Of a DNA stretch of 60,000 bases, positions 37,684 to 49,533 are shown in pieces. Position 1 is the stretch's first letter. Every line of letters begins with the position of its first letter. The stretch spans positions 3,226,001 to 3,286,000 of the forward strand of contig CM119378.1 in NCBI GenBank assembly GCA_051294905.1. Reading direction: 5' to 3'. The notes below the pieces were generated by a model. It had not been told where the DNA came from. It was given only the letters and a program-made list of their open reading frames with translations, and searched no databases. The stretch is from Botryllus schlosseri. Taxonomy: Eukaryota. The position numbers were made by a program, and so were the translations under genes.

Positions 37684-37992
37684 CACTACATCATTTGCTA
37701 GCTTATGGGCTGACGGGGTGCACAATCAGAGGCATCACTTGATGCTGAAAACTGACCACATAATTTACTCATATGGGGGGTGGGTGGTGCCTCACCAGCC
37801 ATGGACCTCACCGCACGTCATTGGTAAATAGTGGTTGCCTACTTGTGTGCCAATCAGACATCAACACGCCCCATGCAACGTCTAGTCCCTAGTCTCGACG
37901 TGACGCTTGGCAGTGGTGGTCAATATTGAAGTAGGCTACTTCTACCTATAATATTTTACTTCTATAGAGCTCATCGTTCTATCAAGTTTGCC

Positions 37993-38235
37993 GGGGGAGA
38001 TAGTGTAATGGTTACGATAAGCGCCCAGCACGCAGACGAACCGCGTTCTATTCCCGTCGGAGGTTTATATGGGCTCCTCTTCCCCTGCCGTTGCCGTTCT
38101 TACGGAGACAAAAAAGCCCAGAAAAAGACCCGACGAAAGAAAGCACTCACAATGAATGGAAAAAAAAAACTAGTAGAAAGGGCCGCGGCTTCAAAGAGAT
38201 CAACATCGGGCACTCTAGGCCGAGGTGGATGTTAG
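37993..38235 (+). mobile_element. tRNA-derived SINE
   Basis: Pol III A box TAGTGTAATGG and B-box-like GTTCTATTCCC head followed by a non-tRNA body. Confidence 0.55.
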
Positions 38236-38356
38236 AGTAAAGGATCGCTACTGATGCGTGTCGTTCTACATCCTCCTATCTGTTCATGACATCGCATTGT
38301 GTCTTATCGCATTGTACATTGTGTGTGACTTGTTCAGATAAAAATATAACCCAACC

Positions 38357-38703
38357 ATGTTATGTTATGTTATGTTACTGTGGAACAGATTTTCACCAGC
38401 TCTCCGGACAGTCGTCGAGCATGTCCTTTCCAATTCAAATCTAAATACAAGAAATGAATCAATAGTCAGAGAGAGAACGGGGGTTTTCGTTTTCGCCTGC
38501 ACCATCGAGATGATTTTGACGACGGAGATGCGGATATTATGCACCCTCATTTTCCCCTTCCATTCTATCCATGGATGCTGAGCACCTAGCATGACATCCG
38601 TGGATACCAGGTTCAGAGTCATTGACCTGACCCGGCCGGGGATCGAACACACGACCTACCGATCAAGAAGCAGGACGCATCACCATTACACTATCTCGCT
38701 CGG
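38357..38703 (-). mobile_element. tRNA-derived SINE with a (CATAA)n tail
   Basis: Minus-strand head GAGATAGTGTAATGG...GTTCGATCCC; a second head copy at ~53647-53725; 5-bp repeat tail at 38357-38377. Confidence 0.65.
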
Positions 38704-39051
38704 TGTCAGCCCGCGAGATTGCCGAACCACACTCTGATTGATCGAGCTCGCCTACCGACACATGCAGCATTCATTTTTATCGCTTCATTTTATGTGTTTC
38801 TTTCTTAAATCCATTGTGTACTGTGTATGCCTCTTATTGACATGTATGCCAAAGTAGATGTCTGATTAAAAGACTAATCCAAGTCGTTTCGGCGCCCTCC
38901 TATCTTTTCATTATATCGCAATCTTGTGGTGTATTGATTTGATGAAAATTTTAATAAAATGATGATGAGACAGTTTTCAGTTTCGCGGGCAAAACTATAT
39001 AGGTGTCACGCCCGGTCTTCGGATTGGTAATGATTTATTACGGATAAATTA

Positions 39052-39207
39052 GAGTCGGAGTCGGAGTCAGGGTCATTTTCACACACACTGACTCCAGCCA
39101 TTGTAGTTTTCACGACTCCGACTCCAAGGAGTGCTAAAAAGAGACTCCCGACTCCGACTCCATTAAGCGAAAATTAGCCAAACTCCGACTCTGACTCCAC
39201 AGCTCTG
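39052..39207. repeat. GACTCC/GGAGTC-subrepeat MITE remnant
   Basis: GGAGTC repeats followed by CCGACT repeats, ending ACAGCTCTG; related to 55442-55650. Confidence 0.6.
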
Positions 39208-39252
39208 ATTACGGCGCATCAAAATCGATACAATTATGTCATTAAAACCCAG

Positions 39253-39527
39253 CGGGGGCGAGATAGCGCAGTGGTATAATCCGCGGCTGCAACACCAATG
39301 GGTGCGGGTTCGAGTCCGACCGAGGTCGACTTCCGAATTCCGATATCTAAGTGTTGGAGGTTTACCTAGGCTCCTCCTCGCCACCTCATCCGCGTCAGCG
39401 GTGTCTTACAAAAAAGCCCAGAGGTGGGCCGTGCTATAAGTCGGCAGTTACGGAAAATAAGAAGAATATCGGCCTGGTGTAAATGACCATAGTAGTCGAC
39501 AAACACCATGAATACCCCAAAAACAAC
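39253..39527 (+). mobile_element. Full-length tRNA-derived SINE
   Basis: A box TAGCGCAGTGG, B box GGTTCGAGTCC, CAA-rich tail, TSD AAAACCCAG (39244-39252, 39528-39536). 3' parts recur at 3740-3880, 41655-41785 and 43620-43740 (reverse). Confidence 0.8.
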
Positions 39528-40443
39528 AAAACCCAGTGCACATCAATGTCGTAGCTGCGAGAAGCGCGAAATATTTCCAAAGTTAAGAATGAATTCGGTG
39601 AATAATCATGGCACTTGCATATTGCATATATTGCGGGTCGCCTCCGTGTGCCGCAGCGCTCATTTGGCAAGGACTGGATTATTCGGGGCATGGACATATC
39701 AATATCAAAGATTTCAGCGAACATGCGTAGGCCTATATCATTTTGTGCCAAAGGTTTCATCGCCGACGATCTTTCTGCGAGTGTAGGCTAGACGCGAAGC
39801 CCATGTTGGACGACACCTTCTCTCATAATTGCGAATATAGCTATAGATTCAATTCTGTATTTGAAAAAATCAGGGTGGGGTACCAATACTAAAAGCAAGT
39901 AATTGAGTGACAATAAATCGGGAGAAGCGCTAAGAAAAATATCAAGTCAAATAAATCTGTCACGAAATATTCTACTTCATGGTCAATTGGTCAATGGCTG
40001 GCCTCTGGCTACGCCAATACGGCGGAACTCATATTTTAGTCATCAACATCGTATTTCGCGGTCAGGCTAATCACATTTTTGGTTGACCTTGCAGGTTCAC
40101 AATAAATTACTTATGGGTAATTATTTTTTTGATGTTATAACCAATTTAGAGAATTGCCTAGCGAGTCACCAAAACCTTCACGCGGGCCACTCAAAACCTT
40201 CTCGCGGGCCACGGGTTGGCCGCCCCTGCTTTAGTGAAACATTCAGAATACAGATTGCGCAACGAAATGGATGAAACGAAAAACATAAAAATATTTTATT
40301 AAGGTCCTAATTTCGGTTTTATATTCTCTATTACCCTATGCTCGTCTAGTCTCCTTTTTTACAAGATTGGACGCTGTATCACCAAAACTAAATATGTCAC
40401 TCACTAACTTAAATTCCCAATTGGTTGAAGACATTATTTAGAC

Positions 40444-41471
40444 CAGCGGTTGTCAACCTTTTTTGACGCGCGCCCTCCTTGGTGATGGTCAAAAAAATTG
40501 CGCCCCCCCCCCGACCCCCCTTACATTTATCGTCATGTCAAAAAGAGCACATCATCTAATACAGAGGTGGGCAACCTTCTTGCTAATCATGGCCACATTT
40601 CGATTACTTATGTAGGCCGCATTCCAGGGCATAGCCGCAATGAACGATCTGGACGCAAAATACCTATGGTAAACTGTCCATATCCATTCCCGGTGAACTC
40701 CGGACTATTCTACTTTTCACAACGGTCTATTGTACGCACCGAAATCGCGAGTGGCAATGTTATGAATAGTTGCTGGGAGTGCATATTGTCGCGCGAACGC
40801 GAAAATTTTTCAGAGTCGCGAATGAATTGTTATTTCTTGAGGATTCCCATTCCTGCTCCAAGTAAGAAGGGTGCTACTGCTTTAAACTCGAAAAATAAAG
40901 TCTTGTTGAATTGCGCGGAGCGCGAAGAAAATTTCAAGATAAAATAAAATCTCTCGAAAATTCGGGAGTGAATTCGTAATTGCAATTTGCATGTCTACGG
41001 CTGCCAACACATACTAATTGAATTAGGCGTCGACGGCCGCACAAATTCCCTATTTATAGCCAAATTGAGGGCGAAACCGGGCAACCTCTATTGCATCTAA
41101 GTCTGTCTTAGGCAGTGCAGTACGCCAGCTATCAACAACAGCTACCTAGCGCACAGAGATTTAGGCTAATGCCAAAGCTATAAAGTAATGAATGACTTGC
41201 ACGTAGGAATTTCTCTAAATCTTCAAAGAATATCAAGAATTTGCTCAAATGAAGTTGAAGTCAGCCTATACTCCGCTGAGCGCGACTGTTGGAGTTTGAG
41301 TTTGGCAAGCTTTCTAGAATACGAATTAAGTTTAATCTTCAATAATCGTCTCTTCAGAATGGTTGTGAAACACATGTTTACTAACAATTTATACAGACAT
41401 TGACAAAATTGGCAAAAATTTCTCGCGCCCCCCCTGAGAGCCTCCCGCGCCCCCCAGGTTGAGAACCCCTG
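40444..41471. mobile_element. Composite hAT-like element, copy 1 (contains a truncated nested MITE from 40562)
   Basis: TIR CAGCGGTTGTCAACC / GGTTGAGAACCCCTG; perfect TSD ATTTAGAC; inverted homolog of 49534-50845. Confidence 0.85.
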
Positions 41472-43349
41472 ATTTAGACTGTGGAAAATCAGGGTTCGGT
41501 TCATGATTTTGATTGAGGATGCAGATTGCCTTGGATTAAGATTCGCAAATGTATAAAACCTACAAGGTTAGCTGATTCAGCTGGCGTCCTGTGTCTAATC
41601 ACATAAACCATCTTCTCACGCAGGCTATCTAGGCTAGCCATCTGTTCCAGTAAGCAGGTGTCTTACAAAAATCTATAGAAGTAGACCGTGCTACAAGTTG
41701 GCAGATATGGAAACAAACAAATAGAATATCGACCTGGTGTAAATGACTATTGCAGTCGAAGAGACCATAAAGGCCACAAACAACGACAGCGCTGGCTATG
41801 TGAGTCGCTATACCACAATTTCACCGTGTCTATGGATAGAAATTAACAGCTATACATTACATTAGTAAGGGAATGTACCGTAGTTGCTCTGCATTACGTA
41901 TTGGCCATCGCTACTATAAAATTCATACAACACTGTCGGTTTCTCAAATCGATAGTGCGTGTCACTCTTCTGCGATTGTCCGATTGTTAGCGAATAGTGA
42001 GTGAGGCAGACTCGATTGTGCCTCACTATGCTATAATTGTTTCTCGACTGCGCTGCCATTGTACGCAATAAGACCAAATTTCATATTCCTTGGCGATTTT
42101 GAGGGTGTTCCAGTGCTCTAAGATAGGTAATATTCAGGTTTTAGGAATCATTGCAACAATAGCATTTGATAAATACCAGCTATTATGAATTCTGAGCTGT
42201 TCATGATGTATTGCGTTGTCGCAGGTGAGGCACGACCAGGCCATATCTTCCTGTGCCTCACTTCTTCTCTCGCGATGTAATTTGAACAATAAATATGAAA
42301 ATTGGTGATGTTGGATGAAAATATATTCAAATTTAGTTATTCATGAACATCGACGGTAAATATCAATAATCATTGAATGGTTTCGCAATTTTCTTTACTC
42401 ATCCTGGCGACAGCTGAGGCAGTGCCTCACTTGCCTACCCAGACTGCACAGCAGAGTTGGATCAATTACATTATTTCAGTTCAATTACAATTACAATCAC
42501 TTTCATGCATGTTTCAATTACATTACAATTACTCCATGCTAAAAATATCAAATTACAATTACAATTACTCCTTGCATGCTTCAATTACATTACAATTACA
42601 ATTACAATTGCTGCTGTTGAACATGTAATTGAATAATCATAAATTCAACCGTGCTCCTTAACAACCGTAGCGTCGTAATTAACAACAATTCAAGTATTCA
42701 TGTTTCATTCATGATGCGCAAATACCCGTTAATTAATAAAAAGAAAATACGTTTTCGAAATGCAGTATGTCGTTGAAAAAAGTATTATAATATATGCAAG
42801 TGTTGGATTTGCGTATATAGTATATAATTAAAGAAATAATATCATTTTTATCGAGGGACGTAGGAATTAGGATGAGGAGTAAAAACAAAACCGTGCTTTG
42901 TAAGATAAGACGTTATATAGCAGTGGTCGGGAACCTTTTTTGTCCGAAGAGCCATATTTGCCCTATTTTTTCCATCTCAATTCCCAAAGAGCCATACATG
43001 TTAATCAACTGTTATGTCACAATTTAAAATCCGTGACGTCATGGTAGCACTAATTCGAACTCACTACATGGGATTCCTCGTGTGCACCATATTTTCTCTG
43101 TAAAACTGGCATTAATTGTTCGAAAATAAAGCTTGAAACGACAGGTAAGGCACAGGCGGGCCAAGCCTCGCCATTGTTAACGCAATTCGTAAGTAGCTTA
43201 GAATTTATTATAACTAATATTAATCGAATGTGACTGTCACACTGTTTCCGAACATCTAAATACTGATAGACTTATCAATTCTCAAAGTATTCGGCGGTAA
43301 CATAACGTTGCGCTACACGCATACATTGAATCGCCGGTACTACATAGAG

Positions 43350-44864
43350 CAGGGGCGGGAAACATACGGCCCGCGAAGGGATTTTGTCCGGCCCGCGGAC
43401 AGTTTTTCGTCTTACATGATAATGTGGCCCGCCGGCCCCAGTCTTCCGAGATTCCCCACTACTTGCTTACATACATCCAATTTTAGTGTCTGTATGTTAT
43501 TATACACATGTATGCGCAGCGAGCGAGGGTGGAGCTTACGCGTAAGTCCGTCGAAGCGAGAAGACTTGCATGCATTATCGGCATTTACTAAGTAATGAGC
43601 CCTAATGTCATTTGTGGTAATAATGGTGTTTGTCGACGACAATGGTCATTTACACCAGGCAAATATTTCTTATTTTTGATTCCGTAACCGTCGACTTGTA
43701 GCACGGCGCACACTTCTAGGCTTTTGTAAGACACCGATTATGCCAGGTGTCGCCAACTGAAAACGAGTCGTGGGCCAATTTCAAATTTCGAGGCCGCGGC
43801 CCGCATGAATTCAATATCGAAATAGACAGGCCACACAGTTTAACAACCATGCACGCTATCCGCCATCTACTTAACCCTAATGCATTGATATCTTGGTAAA
43901 TTTAGGATACCGAGCTTATTGAACGCCTTGAAATCTTAATAAAAGATTGCACCGTGTGTTGATTGATCAGGGAGAAGCAGACATGGTGGTACTTGTATGA
44001 CAGGGGTGGCCAACCTGCTGCCTTATAGAAGCAAATTTGTGCGGCCGTCGATGAGGTGTTTACGGCCGTCGACGTGGAATTTGAATTTACGAATTGACTC
44101 CCGATTTCTTGAAGGATTTCAATTATTCTTGAAAGTTTCTTCGCGCTGTGCGCGATTCAATGCGACTTCATTTTTCGATTTTAATATAGTTGTGCTCTTT
44201 GCAATCAGAGCCTCACCGTACAGTTGCGAACAGATGTGCCTCCTACAGAAATACCAACTCGGCATCGTGTGCTCCTCACTATACCGACAATCCTGACGGG
44301 AGGTCAAGACATGCAGAGAACAGCATGCAACAAAGTGACTAATAATAATTGGACTGCACTGACCGACCCTCCATCAACTCTACCGGTGAATATGATCACA
44401 TGGGATGAGAAATAATATGTAGAACTGCTAATTTTAATGACGAAATTCATAGATGAATCTGAAAAAATGTTCGCGCTTGGCGCGACTATGAACAGCCTGA
44501 ATTATTTAATAGATTAGTACGGAGTTCACCGGAAATGGACATAGACACTTTAACAAGAGTATTTGGCGCCCTGCTAGTTCATTACGACTATTCCTTGGAA
44601 TGCGGTCGGATGCTACATGAGTAGTCGAAATGCGGCCGTGACTGGCAAAAAGATTGGCCACCCCTGCTGTATGACAATGCTGTTCTCAAATCCACATTGT
44701 CTTCGTCATTATTGGCGAGAAATGGTTTTGAAGTTGCATTGTTGTCGTTAGAATACATCCATTAAATACCATTTCTGTCTTGTATAGGCCTACGTGGATA
44801 AATGGGCGAAGAATGTATCGACTCAGCAATCCGGCCCGCCGAGTGGAGAAGTTGCCCGCCCCTG
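43350..44864. mobile_element. Nested hAT-like element, level 3
   Basis: TIR CAGGGGCGGG / CCCGCCCCTG; perfect TSD ACATAGAG. Confidence 0.85.
44001..44666. mobile_element. Nested hAT-like MITE, level 4
   Basis: TIR CAGGGGTGGCCAA / TTGGCCACCCCTG; TSD TTGTATGA/CTGTATGA; related to 50207-50731. Confidence 0.85.
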
Positions 44865-46716
44865 ACATAGAGCTATATACTTATCACTTAATAACGTGGA
44901 TAGCTATGGCGTTGTTTGTAATTCGAGTCAGTAATTGTGAATGTCACATCCACAACAGTTCATCGCGCCGTAGATCAGTAAGACAATGTGTATTTGAAAA
45001 CTGCGTTTTGAAATGGGCGTCGCCATGTCTGGTATGCTCTTTGATGAATCAACGTATCGCACAATGCAAGATTTCAAGTCGGGTACATATAATTCGCGAG
45101 TCATATTGGCCGCCGGCGTGACAGTCACCGAAAATAGATGATTTTGAAAACAGGGCGTCCGAGCCCCTAAACCTGAAGACAGCATTGTCTTTACCTCTCA
45201 AAGTCATGTTTACACTGCCACGAGAATAATTATTTTGGACGTGATGAAAATTTACCAACAAGTCGCTGCAATATTGCTCAATTCAGTACAAAAATAAGTA
45301 TTAGGAAAAGAGCCATATCTTATACCCAAAAGAGCCATATATGGCTCGCGAGCCATAGGTTCCCGACCACTGTTATATAGTATCCAGTGATCTGGTTAGT
45401 TAGCCAGACGAAGTAACGATGCAGCATCGTGATCTGAAATCGTATTGTAGATTGCCAACCCACGGATAGATGCGCAAGATGTGAGTCACGGATGAATGCA
45501 CCGACAAACATACTGCAGAGCCGGCTAAAAGCAGCAAACCTTGTAGTCCTAGAGCTGGCGATCCAAGCGTCTAAATTTGATGCATCTGGTCTTTATCGTA
45601 CGCTATCGATGCACTAATTCTGAAAATACAAATTAAAATCTCGTCAGGGCAATGTAACTGCTCCAAAATAGCCGTTTAAGGCCCACTGTTTTGAAAAGTG
45701 AGAGCGTCGCAGCAGCATGACCACAACAATGACCAATTACGCCCAGCGATTGTTCAGAACAATGCCGATTCCCAGACTTTCACGACTATTTTGGGATGGT
45801 ACCATTGCCTGGAAATATACTTTTATTGCGGAATCAGTGCCACACTAGCTTCCGATTATGACCATACATATCAAATTTCGACGCTTGGATCGCCAGCTAT
45901 GGGACTATCAATTCTGCTGCTTTTAGCCGGCTCAGCAGTTCGCTTTTCGGCGTATTCAATCGTGAGTCACGTGTTGAGAATCCATCCGTTGGTTAGTAAG
46001 CTAATAATTGTATACAATGGCAGCCGAGGCCAGCATAGCGGTAAAAATTAAAAAAAAACTTCGCCCTTAAGGGCGCAGTCAAGGGCTTCCGCAAATGGAT
46101 CCTTCAAATTCCTGTCGACATTTAAAGAGAATGCATTATAAGTCAATTATTTTATGTTGTGCTTGTCAGGTCTCAATAGCAATTTAATGTAATTGAAATT
46201 GTAATTGAGCAAAATTTTTGTCAAATTACAATTACAATTACAATTACACAAAATAAAAATGTTTCAATTACAATTACATTACAATTACATTGAAAAATGT
46301 AATTAAGTACATTCAATTACAAATACAAATTACAATTGATCCAACTCTGCTGTACAGTGCACGTAACTGCTATTTACTGTGCTTACGTCTGTGGGATGTA
46401 CTTGTACAATAAGCATCACTCAGATCTCAGGTCTGGATCGTATATACGTTGGTTGAATACTCACGTATCGTGTCTGGAGCGTGTCCAGTCCACGTTCATG
46501 CACACCGTCCCACACTGGTGTAGAGCTATATCTACACACAGACACAAATCACACTCACTGAGCTTGGGACGCAACTGCTTTCTCTCCATCTATCGTAACA
46601 ATCGTCGGCATTTATATTTCCATACGCCAAAAAACGCAAGCGACGACAACAACCCGATGCAATGAACATATGTATGAATATTGAAAAGACCAATTATGAT
46701 CAGTATCAGTTTATTC

Positions 46717-46746
46717 CAGGGATATCTAGAGTTCTAAATATCCCTG
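46717..46746. mobile_element. 30-bp minimal TIR element
   Basis: CAGGGATATCTAGAGTTCTAAATATCCCTG flanked by a perfect 8-bp duplication GTTTATTC. Confidence 0.75.
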
Positions 46747-46914
46747 GTTTATTCGTGATTTCACTATTTCACAACATCGCAAGACTACGATATAATGAAA
46801 AGATAAAAAGGTGTCGAAACGGCCAACTCTGGTTGATGTAATAAGATGTTCGATTTCTATCTTTCGGCCGTCTTCCTTTTGACGCTCTTCAATACTCTTT
46901 TCCTACGATTCCAT

Positions 46915-46969
46915 CAGGGATGTATAGTTATATCATAGTGTCCTATAGTTATATATATATATATCCCTG
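46915..46969. mobile_element. 55-bp minimal TIR element (same CAGGGAT termini)
   Basis: CAGGGATGTATA...TATATATCCCTG flanked by a perfect 8-bp duplication GATTCCAT. Confidence 0.75.
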
Positions 46970-48757
46970 GATTCCATGTAAGCCTATGTGTGGCATTCTC
47001 GGTCCTTTTTGACGCCGTCAGAACAAGCGATTCCGGAGAGGAGCCCAGATAAACCCCTGACGTTAGGGCTACTGCCGAGAATCGATCCAGGTAGGCCTAC
47101 ACGCTGCGTAGATGCTGGCGGTAGATTTCACCGCTACGTCGACAAAGAGAACTAACCTACTTTTAAGAATATTCGAGCCTATACTTCCCAAACGCAAAAT
47201 TCGATAATAATAAAAAAACGCGGATCTATCGATAGTTATTATGGTAGCCTATGACTGATTAGGAAAATATACATGGCATCGAGCTCATTTTCCCATCGAT
47301 TCCTCCCAAAGCCACCCGTGGATTTTGCATTGTGAAGAACAACAAGGTGGAAGAGAAACGATGCCTTAGTTCTGGAGCAATGAGGAGAATGACATCTCCT
47401 GAAAGCGCAATACTGTCGCGCCGAAATGATGCCAGCCTCAGTACTCATTATAGTAGCCTACAAGTACAAAGTACTAACCAAAACCCCCTCTGATTGTTTC
47501 ACATACGTCTAGTCTCCACTGCGTGGATTTATCCGATATATACTGAATAAAAGATATAATACACTACCAGGACTAGCGGCATCTACAATAGCAAATACCA
47601 GAGGTGGTCAAAGTAGTCAAGAAAGCTACTCAAGTACGAGTAGAAGTACTTCTTCATCCATAAGCATCCTAAAACTACTTGAAGTATAAGTAGAATTGAT
47701 TGACTATAAATCTACTCAAGTAAGTAAGTAGTAGTGAAAACGATCGTAATTCGTTCGCTTGGTTTGTAAAAAGGTGCAAATTGAGCTATGCGAAAGGTGC
47801 CGAGCTTGATTCATATTGATGCATAATGGGCGCCGAGTTACGGGGTGGCCCAGCCACCATACCATAAGATTAAACGCCCCGTCCCGTCTGCGATTTCAAA
47901 TCATCATGCAGCGCTGCCAATTAGCGAGTCTGTGATTGCGCGTAAATGTTTAAATGTAAACTATTTACCACTAACCGATACGCGCGCAAATAATTGAATA
48001 CGCAGCTTTGTTGGCGACGACGAACTAGTGCTTAAAACGCCCCAATAAATTGTAATCCGTGATTTAGTAATCAGACAATCGAAGCAAACTCGTTTACGAC
48101 GTCGATTTCGACACGCTTGCGCTGAGAATCACCATCTTCTCTCTCGACATTCTCCTAATTAAATTGTATTTGCGCCCATATCCGTTTACAAAATAATTCC
48201 TGAGTTGGTTTCGTGATGGAGGCTTGGAGCGCGATATAGGAGTTAGGACATAGTGTGTTTGTGTATGCCTGCGAATTGAAAGTGATTCCTGCACCAAGTG
48301 CGCATATTCATTACTCTAACAAGGCTTTGCCAACTGTTATCGGGAAATGCTGCAACGCAGCCCAAACGTCGCTATTATGTGCAAACGATTGTCGCGATGT
48401 CAGACATCGTGCTGTACGCCAGTTGAGGAATTACTGATTAGATGCGCGTTTTCTCGTTTGCTATCATCTGTAGGCTATTAATTCGTGTCTGCTTTATACA
48501 CTCGTATTTCCTCGGTGTCACTTGACAGTGTTTGATTTGTTATTAATACTGCGCATTGTGCAGTCCACGGCGTTGAATTACGTCGTCAAATTTGATGCAA
48601 CACGAGATTCTCGGTGGCGCAAATTCTGAATTTATTCTATTAGTTTGAACGGGTACCTTCTATGTTCCAATAAACTTCATTGCAGGACGGACTCTGTCGA
48701 GCGCAATCATATCGCGGATCGAATTTCAAACCTTTGGGATATGTATTTCTCTCGATA

Positions 48758-48931
48758 TCATCATCATCATCATCATCATCATCATTGGTTTATTAGCAAT
48801 TTTATCAGTTCAATACACCACAATAAAATGCGATACAATGAAAAGACAGGAAGGTGTCGAGGCGACAAGGAGCAGTCTATGGAATCTGACACCCACCTTG
48901 GCCTAGGCGATGTAAAGAGGAGGCATGCACA
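48758..48931 (-). repeat. LINE-3'-tail-like dispersed repeat (about 10 copies in the window)
   Basis: On the minus strand it ends AATAAACCAA(TGA)n; also at 3925, 7560, 10577, 11005, 35995, 38840, 46770 and 57690. Confidence 0.75.
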
Positions 48932-49533
48932 CTAGGGCTCTTCAAAAATGACTTTTTTTCTCAAATCGTACTGGCTACTTAGTAAAATTGTTAGGTTACC
49001 TAATTTAAGCCTACACACAAAATTTGGTTCAATTCCAGCCAGTAACCGCTTTGCTACAGGAGAAGAAAGTTTCTATTTATTATATAAAAATAAATAATAA
49101 AAAAATTTGAAAATTTTCTGTTCACCCCATGAAAGTGTTAGGCTGTCTAGTGTCTATAGAAACGATACTCACCAAATTTGGTTCAATTCCACCCAGTGGA
49201 AGCGGAGTTATTGCCGTTGAAAAATTTGGATTTTAATAAAATAGTATTTACGGTGAGCAAAACTATAATAAATAAACAAAGAATCGGACACTATGGTGCA
49301 ACGGTAAACAACATCCGATGACATATGACATCACAATCACTCCACACTCAAGTGCTCGCGAACCTGGCAAAGCTGACGTCACGGTGAAGCCGCGTGATAA
49401 TCATGCGCAATTTGATTGGTTAATAACGCTGGCATCAATCTGCCCGGCCGGTCGATGGAAAGGAGAACAATCGATCTTTTGAATTCGAGAGCGATCAGTT
49501 TTTGTACATCAAAGGTGCCGCATCACTGTAGTG

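Larger units (their letters stand above)
42921..45372. mobile_element. Nested hAT-like element, level 2
   Basis: TIR CAGTGGTCGGGAACCT / AGGTTCCCGACCACTG; GAGCCA subterminal motifs; perfect TSD TTATATAG. Confidence 0.9.
42452..46349. mobile_element. Outer hAT-like element with AATTAC subterminal repeats, hosting three nested elements
   Basis: TIR CAGAGTTGGATCAATT / AATTGATCCAACTCTG; TSD CTGCACAG/CTGTACAG. Confidence 0.85.

Noticed and set aside
37993..38070. Possible tRNA genes (also 38630-38703, 39253-39330, 53647-53720)
   Set aside because: A and B boxes are present, but I could not form a full cloverleaf and they run into repeat bodies, so they are treated as SINE heads.
40498..40947. 149-aa ORF as a possible transposase fragment
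   Set aside because: It lies within a MITE, has no transposase motif, and the frame is not preserved in the second copy (50400-50800).
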